In this document: positions 38,517 through 47,769 of the stretch, one piece after another
Layout of the letters: each line of letters begins with the position of its first letter
Numbering within the stretch: the stretch's first letter is position 1
From: a virus
Length of the DNA: 64,000 bases
Strand: one strand, 5' to 3'
IMG/VR virus record: IMGVR_UViG_3300007346_000025
Span: 1-64,000 of that record
Notes under the pieces: model-generated
What the model saw: the letters and a program-made list of their open reading frames with translations, nothing else
The model's database searches: none
Told to the model about the DNA's origin: nothing
Position numbers and translations under genes: made by a program

Positions 38517-38928
38517 ATGTAGTAGTTGTTGTTTGCTCTATTAAGTTTTTAATTGACCTTCTACCTTTTTCTCCTATTGGAATAGGATTTCCCTCTTCAT
38601 CTATATGTACAAATGTAATATTTGTTTTTAAAACTAGAGACTGAACTCCAGTATAAACATTGTGTGCCCTTGCTTCCATATAAAGCATGACAGAAGTATT
38701 ACCTACTTTACTAGGTTTACCATATATTTTAAGTAACTGACTCTCTCTTGCAGGTTTTTCAAAGTTACATTTATCAATACTTACTGTGACCATTCTAGGT
38801 GTATCACATAACTGCATAGCATAACCTGCAGCAGCTGCATCAATCCATGCTAATAATTTACCTCCAAAGAGATTACCGTGGAAGCCAAGATCTGACTTCT
38901 TAATGGGATGAGAATTTAAGAATTCCAT
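38515..38928 (-). CDS. Acyl-CoA thioesterase (hotdog fold, YciA-like)
   Basis: DLGFHGNLFGGKLLAWIDAAA, VTVSID...F..P, VGNTSV and FVHIDEEGNPIPI motifs. Confidence 0.85.
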   Translation of the reverse strand: MEFLNSHPIKKSDLGFHGNLFGGKLLAWIDAAAAGYAMQLCDTPRMVTVSIDKCNFEKPARESQLLKIYGKPSKVGNTSVMLYMEARAHNVYTGVQSLVLKTNITFVHIDEEGNPIPIGEKGRRSIKNLIEQTTTTT

Positions 38929-39533
38929 TGATTAAAAAAGAATATTTGAAACAGTCTTCCTGTTTCTCTGTTGTGACCAAAGTAATCATTACCTGAGTGG
39001 ATTAAACCACCATCAAAAATAACTAGTCTATTGAATACATTACCTACTGTATCCTGTCTCTCAAATGGAGTGGGATCTAGAAATGTATCTTTAGAAAATG
39101 CATTACCATTCTCACCCACTGACCAATCTATCTGAGAATTATGAAACACTTTTGATTTCTTATTTCTGTAGAAACTAGTCCCTGATTGAGGTGGAGCATC
39201 TGGAGTTAGATATATAACAGCAGCCCATTGTTGTGCATCACAGTGGAATACTTGTGGTACACCACCAATGCAACTCTGATATCTACCGTTAATACCTACA
39301 TCATACCATCCATAACCATCATCTGTATGGTCTGCAATCTTTATCTGCATAATCTCTTCAAATCTTTCCTTAAGACCTTCAAATAAAAACTGCTGACGGG
39401 TTCTTTCACCCACAGCCCCTTCTCCTGGAAAGTATGTCTGAGCTAATGCATGTTCTCTTACAGCCATAGGATCTTCATAGAAGTCATCTACTACAAAGAA
39501 TCTCTTACTTTGGTTTGGATTAATATTAAACAT
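38916..39533 (-). CDS. 2OG-Fe(II) oxygenase-like protein (DUF6445-like)
   Basis: VVDDFYEDP start; HCD...H triad; AAVIYLTP; GTSFY; FNRLVIF; RLFQIFFF. Confidence 0.75.
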   Translation of the reverse strand: MFNINPNQSKRFFVVDDFYEDPMAVREHALAQTYFPGEGAVGERTRQQFLFEGLKERFEEIMQIKIADHTDDGYGWYDVGINGRYQSCIGGVPQVFHCDAQQWAAVIYLTPDAPPQSGTSFYRNKKSKVFHNSQIDWSVGENGNAFSKDTFLDPTPFERQDTVGNVFNRLVIFDGGLIHSGNDYFGHNRETGRLFQIFFFNQWNS

Positions 39534-39535
39534 AA

Positions 39536-39922
39536 CTATTTGATTTCTATAAATTTACTAAGATCTGGTCTAAAATAACCAGGTCCCTTCAAAATTTTTC
39601 CATCTTCACGAAGAATGGGTTTACCATCTTCTCCTAACTTACTCATATTACTTGCTTGTATCTCATTAAATACATCTTCTATAACATGTTGCATACCATG
39701 TTTAAGGATTGTACCACATAGAATATATAACTGATCACCAAGTGCATCAGCTATTTCTACTAATGAGTTCTTATGACATGCTTCTAGATATTCATCATTC
39801 TCTTCTTTCATTAAAGAGTGTCTGAGATTAAATTCATGTTCTTCTAATGGTCTTGGGTACTTACCATTCTCTTGCCCAAAGGCATTGTGGAATGTTTCCA
39901 CAGCTTTCAATTGTTCTCTCAT
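39536..39922 (-). CDS. MazG-like/PRA-PH family NTP pyrophosphohydrolase
   Basis: EENDEY...EIADALGDQLY, SNMSKL and DGKILKGPGY motifs. Start placed at MREQLK (39922) to avoid overlap with the upstream small ORF. Confidence 0.85.
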   Translation of the reverse strand: MREQLKAVETFHNAFGQENGKYPRPLEEHEFNLRHSLMKEENDEYLEACHKNSLVEIADALGDQLYILCGTILKHGMQHVIEDVFNEIQASNMSKLGEDGKPILREDGKILKGPGYFRPDLSKFIEIK

Positions 39923-39923
39923 A

Positions 39924-40097
39924 CTAACTTCCACAATATAAACATCCATCATCATCATCTAATTCTGGATTAGATTCAATCTTAGGATTAAGTTGTTTCT
40001 TAAGTTCATAAATCTGCTGCATAAGCTCTAAGTCCTGGAACATATCACCAGACAGCTTTGCTTTTAATTGTTCTATTTGTTCTTCTAGAGTTGCCAT
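39924..40097 (-). CDS. 57-aa protein ending in DDDDGCLYCGS (not in ORF track)
   Basis: Manual translation: MATLEEQIEQLKAKLSGDMFQDLELMQQIYELKKQLNPKIESNPELDDDDGCLYCGS*. Fits the gap exactly. Confidence 0.75.
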   Translation of the reverse strand: MATLEEQIEQLKAKLSGDMFQDLELMQQIYELKKQLNPKIESNPELDDDDGCLYCGS

Positions 40098-40108
40098 AAA
40101 ACAAAGTT

Positions 40109-40150
40109 AAAAAAAAAGGGGATGACTAAAAAGCCACCCCCCTCTCTTTT
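40109..40150 (-). terminator. Intrinsic terminator
   Basis: Minus strand GGGGGTGGCT-TTTT-AGTCATCCCC followed by T9; the G-U pairs work only on the minus strand. Confidence 0.75.
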
Positions 40151-40180
40151 GTGTATTATTGTTTACCCTTTTACAGGATC

Positions 40181-41401
40181 TTAGAAGAATGCTGCATCAT
40201 CATCCTCATCATCTGAGAAATTAAATGCAAAATCATCTTCCATTTCTTTCTCAAATTGTGTATGATTTTCTGGAGTAGGCTCTAAAGATGCACTATGTGC
40301 ATTTTCTCCTGTCCATTCTTGATCTTCAGCAATTTGAAATTCTTCTTTTTCTTGTTCTACATTCTCACTGATATCATCCATCCAGTCTTCATCCTCTGGG
40401 TCACTGTTGTGAACTTCAGGAATAACAGGAACTTCAAATGTGTTTCCAACTGGATCTGTATAGATAACTGTTTCTTCTATAGCTTCACTAGCACTTTCTT
40501 CAATTTCAAGGTCCTCAAGGATCTCAAGGTTCTCAAGGTCTGTTTTTGGTTCTAATTCTAATGAAGTTTCCTCAGCTTCTGTTCTCTCAATTTCAGTCAA
40601 AATATTAAGCTGATTTTCTGGTTGACCATAATTTTCAGTTAATGGATCTACCTCAGCTTCTATAACTGGTTGTGGTACTGAAGCTGCAGAAAAGTTATTA
40701 ACACTTGATATAAAGTAATGTAATACTCTCTGGTCTTCCATCCAAGTTTTAGGATGTGAAGCCTGGAGTGCTGTAGTTACATAATTATAAAAAGCCCATA
40801 GACTACTTGAGTCTTCAAATACATGTGAAGGTTTACTCATTTCAGATCTTACCATACTAGCCTGCTCAGTAGATAGAATCTGGTATTCAGCAAATAAGAT
40901 ACCAAGAAGTTGAGCTTGTTTTCTCTTGTTCATCTTGATCTCTTTCATTGCATCTTTATCAGACTTTAACTGATCATAATACATCTGAGCATCTTTAAGT
41001 TGATCTTTAATTGTTGCTATCGTTTCTTCATCTGCTGTACCAGTATGTTTTCTGGACCAGCTTCCCATATCTCCGTGTACCATGAATGTACCCGCTTGGT
41101 TTACATAAGCACCAACCCCGCATTTAAATCTTACTTGCTTGTTGTAACTATTAGTCCAAGCAAACATCATAGATAACTCAGGGTCAGAATTATATTGTAG
41201 CACATGGATACCATGTGCAATTTGTCCATCAGCAGTTGCTCTGTATGTTTCAGAGACTACTTTAAAACCTGCATTAGCAAGTTCTGTATATACATAATCA
41301 ATAACAGATTGATGACTAATTACTGTGTAAGTGTCACCATGTGTTGGTAAATCCACAGATACTAACTGTGCTTTTGTCCATTCCGTGATTTTCTTTGGCA
41401 T
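40181..41401 (-). CDS. DUF932/DUF945-like protein with long acidic C-terminal tail
   Basis: LPTHGDTYTVISH, NSYNKQ and SLWAFYNYVT motifs; the last about 165 aa are D/E-rich. Confidence 0.6.
   Translation of the reverse strand: MPKKITEWTKAQLVSVDLPTHGDTYTVISHQSVIDYVYTELANAGFKVVSETYRATADGQIAHGIHVLQYNSDPELSMMFAWTNSYNKQVRFKCGVGAYVNQAGTFMVHGDMGSWSRKHTGTADEETIATIKDQLKDAQMYYDQLKSDKDAMKEIKMNKRKQAQLLGILFAEYQILSTEQASMVRSEMSKPSHVFEDSSSLWAFYNYVTTALQASHPKTWMEDQRVLHYFISSVNNFSAASVPQPVIEAEVDPLTENYGQPENQLNILTEIERTEAEETSLELEPKTDLENLEILEDLEIEESASEAIEETVIYTDPVGNTFEVPVIPEVHNSDPEDEDWMDDISENVEQEKEEFQIAEDQEWTGENAHSASLEPTPENHTQFEKEMEDDFAFNFSDDEDDDAAFF
40506..40541. repeat. 4 x 9-bp tandem repeat TCAAGGnnn within the acidic tail
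   Basis: tcaaggtcc tcaaggatc tcaaggttc tcaaggtct; encodes DLENLEILEDLE on the minus strand. Confidence 0.7.
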
Positions 41402-41402
41402 T

Positions 41403-43301
41403 TTAAAATAAACTTAGTTGGTTATTAATAGGTTCTAAAGACCTTATTTCTTTATAGATATTCTCCAAATAGTATTTGAAGTTAATATCATATTCAGAAA
41501 AGTCTTTCTCTTCATAGTCAATCATAACAGTTTGCATCCATTTCCCGGCTTCTATCTGAATTTGTCTTCCATCAGAATTATTTTCTTTAATAATTTTAGA
41601 ACCAGAATTAGATACAAAATATCTTATAGTATGTTGTAAAGGAGTAACTGAATGTTCCCCATCAACAATAGCATGTTGATAGAAACTCCAATCACCTTTA
41701 ATCTTTACACCACCACAATAATCAAATATGTTTTGGTTTTGAGCTAGATAACTTTCAGGCTCAATACCATCTACAAAATAAGCATGTATTGCTTTAGGAA
41801 TAATTAAGAAACTTTTGTTCTTATGTAGGGCCAGGTTATCATATTCAAACCTACCCTTGCATTTAGACTTACCATCTTCTGTAATAGCAATATAATTATT
41901 TACATCACCCAGAATGATCTTGCTATACTTATCATGCTCTAATTGAAGACTTGTAATATCTTCCCATCTCTTGCAGATATCCATATACTTATCTACATAT
42001 TCTCTTGGGATCATTGTCTCAAGACCATCTGTATTTTGCATTAGTGGAATTGCATTAGGAATCTCTTCACAAATCATCTCATACAACATAGATAAACTTA
42101 GCTGACCATTAATAGTAATCCTCATAGTAAATTCAGGATCATACAAGAAACTATTCTCATCATTACTCAAACCATAGGTTGAATTAAGAATAATCTTATA
42201 TACATAATTCTTGGGGTCTTTCTTAGGAATCTTCTTTCTCTCTTCAAAGAACCACTCATACAAGTCACAGAATTCTTCTTGTGGTAAATGTGCTGGAGCC
42301 CACTTATTTCTAATAGCTAAGTTAGGATAGAAACTAGTAACATCAGATGTCATAATTACCATATCATCATTAGCTTCATAGACCTTAGTAGATCTAGCAC
42401 CATGAATACCACCAAGACCATAGTCAGTCTTAACTCCCTTATACTGTACTGAATATTTAAAACCTCCTTTAGTCTCTCCAGGATAGATAACTACTTCCTG
42501 GAACTTCTTTAGAAGATTTTGAAATGTTGCAGTTTTAAATTCAATATAAGGTAGAATAATATCTTTGACTGTAATCCTAGCTCTATGTGTCCGTGCTTGT
42601 CTGAGATCCCATTTCTTTACCTCAAGTTTCTGACTCAAGAAATGTAAGAATAACTCTTTAGAAATTCTTGGTTCAGATGCAGAATAGAGATTAATACCAT
42701 ACTCTGCTGTCAAGTTTCTTCTAAGATTAATCTGCTCTTTGCTGAGCTGCATAATCTGTTTAGTAGACTTAACATCATTAATACAATATTTAATAATCTC
42801 AGGAATCTGTTCTACTGTAATATGTTCAGTGTGACGGATTGGCATGTCAATAATATTTTTCCAATCCATTGTATACTGAATCCATTTGAGTGAACTCTTC
42901 TTAGCATTATTATCCCAGTGGTTTAGTTTGAATACATCTACCTGGTTAATTTGTAGATCTCTTGGACTAAACTCTAAGAACTCTCCTGAATTATGTTTCT
43001 CAATTACATTCTGTGCTTTACCATAAATCCATTTAGCAATTGTCTCTCCTGTGTTATGAATAACAGAGTCTTTGTTTCTTAGGATATACTCAGTAATCTG
43101 ACTGTCAAACCCAAGACCATTAAAACTAACATGCCATTCTTCAGAACTAATATTCTCTTGGAGAAACTCTACTAGTTCTAGGATATCATTCTGGCTCTCA
43201 TGAACCACAAAGATCTTCTGCTCTTCAGAATTTACAGCTTCAAATACTGCTATGAAACAATTACTAAGAGTTTCATAGTCCATTACCCAATGTGTTCTCA
43301 T
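41403..43301 (-). CDS. Family B DNA polymerase (crAss-like)
   Basis: Exonuclease motifs DYET, FNGLGFD, YCINDV; polymerase motifs SDVTSFYPN, KIILNSTYG, NTDG. Confidence 0.92.
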   Translation of the reverse strand: MRTHWVMDYETLSNCFIAVFEAVNSEEQKIFVVHESQNDILELVEFLQENISSEEWHVSFNGLGFDSQITEYILRNKDSVIHNTGETIAKWIYGKAQNVIEKHNSGEFLEFSPRDLQINQVDVFKLNHWDNNAKKSSLKWIQYTMDWKNIIDMPIRHTEHITVEQIPEIIKYCINDVKSTKQIMQLSKEQINLRRNLTAEYGINLYSASEPRISKELFLHFLSQKLEVKKWDLRQARTHRARITVKDIILPYIEFKTATFQNLLKKFQEVVIYPGETKGGFKYSVQYKGVKTDYGLGGIHGARSTKVYEANDDMVIMTSDVTSFYPNLAIRNKWAPAHLPQEEFCDLYEWFFEERKKIPKKDPKNYVYKIILNSTYGLSNDENSFLYDPEFTMRITINGQLSLSMLYEMICEEIPNAIPLMQNTDGLETMIPREYVDKYMDICKRWEDITSLQLEHDKYSKIILGDVNNYIAITEDGKSKCKGRFEYDNLALHKNKSFLIIPKAIHAYFVDGIEPESYLAQNQNIFDYCGGVKIKGDWSFYQHAIVDGEHSVTPLQHTIRYFVSNSGSKIIKENNSDGRQIQIEAGKWMQTVMIDYEEKDFSEYDINFKYYLENIYKEIRSLEPINNQLSLF

Positions 43302-43341
43302 AAGCTTTATGTTCAGTTAAGCTGTTCCCCCTTCTATCCAC

Positions 43342-43369
43342 AAAAAAAGGCAGCTATTGCTACCCTTTT
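43342..43369 (-). terminator. Intrinsic terminator
   Basis: Minus strand GGTAGC-AATA-GCTGCC followed by T7. Confidence 0.7.
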
Positions 43370-43392
43370 CTGCTGTTAACCTTTAACATCAA

Positions 43393-43734
43393 TTATGAAT
43401 TGATAATGCTAAGATAATCAAAATCTGGATTAACTGCAATAAGATTAATAAATTCTTTAATAGAATCTACATTGCTGATATAATATTCTTGAAATACTTC
43501 AAGCTTATGTCTATCTTGTTTCATTCCTTTAGTACCTGTAATAGCTTGACCATACTCATCAAGTTTAGGAAGCATCTGTAATGTATTTCTCTTTGTTTTA
43601 GAAATTACTACAAATACTTTGCTCTCTGGGTCAAAGATACATTCTACATAGGGACAATTTGCCGTCATTGGGATTGTTCTAAAGCTTGGTTTACCATTCC
43701 ATTCTGAGGCAACAAGCATCATATTTTTTTCCAT
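43393..43734 (-). CDS. Hypothetical protein (113 aa)
   Basis: ORF fits the operon; no motif recognised. Confidence 0.7.
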   Translation of the reverse strand: MEKNMMLVASEWNGKPSFRTIPMTANCPYVECIFDPESKVFVVISKTKRNTLQMLPKLDEYGQAITGTKGMKQDRHKLEVFQEYYISNVDSIKEFINLIAVNPDFDYLSIINS

Positions 43735-43755
43735 ACTGGTTTATTTTTACACAAA

Positions 43756-44322
43756 TTAACTTATAATCTTTAAATTTTCCAAATTAGCTACTTCAATTAA
43801 TAAAATTTCTTTTTCCATATTTGGTTTACTACATAACTCACCAACTGACTCAAGCATATTAATTGGTACATCTAGTAGTTCAGCATATTTTATAAAATAT
43901 TTTTCAGGAAAAAGATAACTTTCAATATAAAAATAGTTTCCACTATTTTTTGCAAAGTATGTTAAAATTTTATTTTTTCTTTCTAAATTAATTTTACTAT
44001 ATTTTCCATTTATAAAATGGAACCAATCTTGTTCTAAATCAGAAAAATCAAAAGTAAATACAGCTGTTTCATCATCTACAATAATATAATCACAGAGTCT
44101 TGTATGCTTTAATAAAATATTTTTTTCAAATTGTCTATATTCAGCATCTGTTCTTATTTTGTAAACACAAATTAGCTTCATATCCTCAGGAGTATAAGAT
44201 GTTCCCCAACCCAAATAGGTTTCTTGAGGAACAGTGCTTACCCCCCTTTTAATATCCAAGAGCGGATATAAAAATATCTTGGACTTTTGAAAATATTTCT
44301 TATAAATCCCAGTTATTGCCAT
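43756..44322 (-). CDS. Hypothetical protein (188 aa)
   Basis: ORF directly follows the nuclease gene; no motif recognised. Confidence 0.7.
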   Translation of the reverse strand: MAITGIYKKYFQKSKIFLYPLLDIKRGVSTVPQETYLGWGTSYTPEDMKLICVYKIRTDAEYRQFEKNILLKHTRLCDYIIVDDETAVFTFDFSDLEQDWFHFINGKYSKINLERKNKILTYFAKNSGNYFYIESYLFPEKYFIKYAELLDVPINMLESVGELCSKPNMEKEILLIEVANLENLKIIS

Positions 44323-44324
44323 AA

Positions 44325-45344
44325 TTATAGTGTTACATTACCTAAAGCTAATTGATACGGTAAACTATATTCTTTGTTTTCATAGTGGTATCTTAATACA
44401 TCTTCTATTTCATCAAATCTAGCTAACCACATCTCCATTGTTTCCATGCTAACTTGGTAAGGATACACTTGATTATACTTGTCAATTACAATGAATGTTA
44501 CCATTATGTTCCATTCTGCTGAATCTTCAAGCTCTCTCAAGAACTCATACCAAGCCATTTTATAGTATATAGACGCTTGAATCCAGTACTTGTAATACTC
44601 TACAGACTCAGGAAAAGATGCAATATCTTTACCTGTTGTCTTTAAGTCATTGATAAACAAGGTCTTAGATGCATAATCTATAACTACATTATCTAGAATA
44701 CCTTTAAAACCATATGGTAAATAATCCAAATCAACCTTGATTTCATGCTCACTAAATGTTTTAATGTGCTTGTCATCATCTGACTTATCTAGTTGTAAAA
44801 GTGTTCTAACTGCTTGATTGGACTTTAGTTCAATAACTGATTCTCTGCAGCCATTCAGAGTAACTTCATCTACTACAGTCTTATCAAGACTTTCTTTGAG
44901 AAAATTAAAATAATTTTTGTTTTCTTCCGTTAGTACTTTATCTAATCTTTGTTGATCAGTTTTAAGACTTTGGTAAAGATTTGCTGTGAGTAGTTGTGTA
45001 AGTATCTCTTGTAAGTAGTCTTCCAAAGATAAAGAATCATTTCCAACTGTACAATGATATTTGAAAATATTATCAATAATTTTTCTTTGGCTATCAGTTG
45101 GGAACTTACCCTGCATACTGATAAAATACTTGTCATAGTTCTCAGGTTCAAATAAAAGACAGTGTAAGACACGACCTGCTACCAGGTGCGTGTCTGTACT
45201 GTCTTCTCTTTGGTTGAGCACATAATGACTGTAAAACATTCTAGGTGAGAACAACAGCTTATTAATGCTACTGTAACTAAAATAGAATTTGTTTTTATAA
45301 AATAGTTCTAGTTCATCAGAACCAGTCAATGTCGGTAGACTCAT
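44325..45344 (-). CDS. PD-(D/E)xK exonuclease (RecB/ExoVIII-like)
   Basis: FSYSSI, GRVLHCLL, FKGILDNVVID, INDLKTT and YWIQASIY motifs. Confidence 0.85.
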   Translation of the reverse strand: MSLPTLTGSDELELFYKNKFYFSYSSINKLLFSPRMFYSHYVLNQREDSTDTHLVAGRVLHCLLFEPENYDKYFISMQGKFPTDSQRKIIDNIFKYHCTVGNDSLSLEDYLQEILTQLLTANLYQSLKTDQQRLDKVLTEENKNYFNFLKESLDKTVVDEVTLNGCRESVIELKSNQAVRTLLQLDKSDDDKHIKTFSEHEIKVDLDYLPYGFKGILDNVVIDYASKTLFINDLKTTGKDIASFPESVEYYKYWIQASIYYKMAWYEFLRELEDSAEWNIMVTFIVIDKYNQVYPYQVSMETMEMWLARFDEIEDVLRYHYENKEYSLPYQLALGNVTL

Positions 45345-46557
45345 TTGTTTCTATTTGATGGTTATTTGATACAAGTTCTGGCTCAGTTTCTACTACAGAT
45401 TCAACTGTTTCTGGCTCAATGTTGAGCTCTATTACTGCAGGAGGATCTGGTAACATCTCTTTTTCTTCAGATTCAATTTCTTTTTCTGGAAGAACATTTA
45501 GTTCAGTTACAGTAATAGCTTGATTATTTTCATCATACTCTACAATACCGGAATATGGTTCATTTATAGCAGTTTCAACTGCAGGTGTAGGAACAAACTC
45601 TCTTACATTAAAAGTTTTACTCCAATAAATATTTCTAATAAACCAATCTATTCTCTCTTGAAGTAGAATATGTGTCCAATCTCTAGTAAGTAAACTAAGA
45701 TCTATAAGCTTGCTAGCAACTCTATCTGGATCTAGATTTCCAATTTCTTTAACTGCCATATTAAAATAACTTACCATAGACTTAAAATTTACATGGTTTC
45801 TAGTATTGCAGGATGAGATTTTATGTTCAAATCCTTCAAGAAGTAGTAGAAGATACAAGGCACTATCTACATAATTAGAATTTGCCATAATCTCCATAGC
45901 CATGATATGATTATCCTGGTCAGAACTCTCAAACATCTTAACTAGTTGTTGATATACCTCAGCTGTAATAGTAACAGCATCATCACCATTAATTAGAGCA
46001 AGTAACTCTGATTCATCAAAAATTGGTTTGTTCTGAATACTATCAAGCATACTTCTATATTCATCTTCAACAAAATAAACACCAGAAGAATATTGTTCAG
46101 ATATTTTAAATCCTGAACTAAGCATATGACTTTTTGTACTATACTCAAGGTATATTACATCTGGATTACATGCATCTACAGCGGTCTTATACTTATCTGT
46201 ATAGTACATATCAAGTCCCTTATCGGTCTTTAACCACTCTACATATTTAGTAAACTCTTCAGTTTCAGCATTGTGCAACCAACGGTAACCTGTAATCTTA
46301 TTTAAAGTTGCTTTACCTGAAATAATAACATTAGCTCTTTCAGGATCTCTAACTATTTTTACTCCAAGATCTAATGCTAGATCTCTAAGTTTAACCCTAG
46401 GAATATTAACTCCTGGCATTAAGTATATACTATCTCCTTGTGCGGGAACATATCCCTTATCTACTGTATAAATATCACTCCTATTCTTTGGTATACCATA
46501 CAATAGTTCTACATCTAATGTATCATCGTTTTTGTTACAAATTATAATTTGTTCCAT
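45316..46557 (-). CDS. Hypothetical protein (413 aa), possible N-terminal BRCT-like segment, SxDxDN helix, acidic tail
   Basis: IYLMPGVNIPRVKLRDLALDLGVKIVRDPERANVII is weakly BRCT-like; MFESSDQDNHIMA motif. Confidence 0.6.
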   Translation of the reverse strand: MEQIIICNKNDDTLDVELLYGIPKNRSDIYTVDKGYVPAQGDSIYLMPGVNIPRVKLRDLALDLGVKIVRDPERANVIISGKATLNKITGYRWLHNAETEEFTKYVEWLKTDKGLDMYYTDKYKTAVDACNPDVIYLEYSTKSHMLSSGFKISEQYSSGVYFVEDEYRSMLDSIQNKPIFDESELLALINGDDAVTITAEVYQQLVKMFESSDQDNHIMAMEIMANSNYVDSALYLLLLLEGFEHKISSCNTRNHVNFKSMVSYFNMAVKEIGNLDPDRVASKLIDLSLLTRDWTHILLQERIDWFIRNIYWSKTFNVREFVPTPAVETAINEPYSGIVEYDENNQAITVTELNVLPEKEIESEEKEMLPDPPAVIELNIEPETVESVVETEPELVSNNHQIETNESTDIDWF

Positions 46558-46562
46558 AATAT

Positions 46563-46590
46563 AAAAATATAGGGGGCTGCTACACCCCCT
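46563..46590 (-). terminator. Possible intrinsic terminator downstream of the MoxR-like gene
   Basis: Minus strand AGGGGG-TGTAGCAG-CCCCCT followed by ATATTTTT. Confidence 0.6.
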
Positions 46591-46596
46591 GGTTAA

Positions 46597-47766
46597 TTAT
46601 TGAATTGCCATCTTTACTACTGCAGTATCTGCCATTAATGCAGAGAACTTAACTTTGTTACCATTTACAATCTCCTTGACCATATAATATCTCAAGTCAT
46701 TTGTAAATCCATCAAACTCAGTAGTAACTTTAGCCAATCTATCAATCATAGCTTTAGGAACTACTCCCTTATCAGCTACAGTAAGTGCATAGTTAATTAC
46801 ACGTGTTGCAATTACACTAGACAAATCTGCACGGAAATCATCTCCTTCACCAACTGAAGCTAACAAAGCACCTTTTACATATACTTCATCTTTAGTTAGT
46901 AAATCTTCCGGAGAAATCATCTTATCAAGCTTGTTATTGATAAACATAGTAAACATGCTAGAGAAATCTGCACCAACAGAACCCTCACCAATCATCTGAA
47001 CAAGAGGTAACTCATCTTCAAACTTTGGAATAGAACTGATAGCATTAAAGAAAGTAGTAATAGATCTTGGATTCACACGTTGTGTTACAAGTTCTGGATT
47101 CATCAACATAAAGTTGATACATCTACCATCAATACCTGCTTTCTCAGCCCACTTAGCCCATACATTGACATCATATTTCATCTCAACAGAAATAAATCTG
47201 GTCTTCTGAGCTACGTCAAGACTAGTAACATTATAGTCACCATTGTCTGGATTAGTAGTCAAAATAACATGCCAGTTCTTTGGAAGTTTCCAAGAGACAT
47301 ATTCTTGTCTATCTAGAATCTCCATAGTAGCTTGCATAAATCTGTGGTCAGCACGAGTATAGTCATCCAAGATTAGGAAACCACCCTCACTTTTACCCTG
47401 AATCCATTCAGGAGCAGCATGAGCCATTCTCTTATCTACAACAGTATAACCTGCTTTAAGAGCACCATTTACTTGAGCTTCAGTAATCCATCTTTGTTTA
47501 CCTTCTTGATTCTTTACAAGAAATTCTTTTACAGGAAAACCAACAAGGTCACCTAATTCTTCTATCTGAGATAGATTAAGTTTTACTACATCCATACCAA
47601 GTTCTTTACCCAACTGCAAGATTGCAGAAGTTTTACCAAGACCGGCATCACCTTCAATATTAATTGCAACAGGAACTTTTCCTTCTGCTTGTATATGCTG
47701 ATTATTCTTAACCATGTGACGGATGAAACCTTTCAACTCATCTACGTTCAATTGTACTGTGCTCAT
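46597..47766 (-). CDS. MoxR-like AAA+ ATPase
   Basis: Walker A GDAGLGKT; DLVGFP; Walker B LILDDYTR; sensor TTNP; LDVAQKTRF; NPRS. Confidence 0.85.
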   Translation of the reverse strand: MSTVQLNVDELKGFIRHMVKNNQHIQAEGKVPVAINIEGDAGLGKTSAILQLGKELGMDVVKLNLSQIEELGDLVGFPVKEFLVKNQEGKQRWITEAQVNGALKAGYTVVDKRMAHAAPEWIQGKSEGGFLILDDYTRADHRFMQATMEILDRQEYVSWKLPKNWHVILTTNPDNGDYNVTSLDVAQKTRFISVEMKYDVNVWAKWAEKAGIDGRCINFMLMNPELVTQRVNPRSITTFFNAISSIPKFEDELPLVQMIGEGSVGADFSSMFTMFINNKLDKMISPEDLLTKDEVYVKGALLASVGEGDDFRADLSSVIATRVINYALTVADKGVVPKAMIDRLAKVTTEFDGFTNDLRYYMVKEIVNGNKVKFSALMADTAVVKMAIQ

Positions 47767-47769
47767 AAT

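Noticed and set aside
21491-43301. Introns or inteins in the RNAP or PolB genes
   Set aside because: Both are continuous ORFs; I saw no intein termini, and the RNAP has no internal Cys by my reading.
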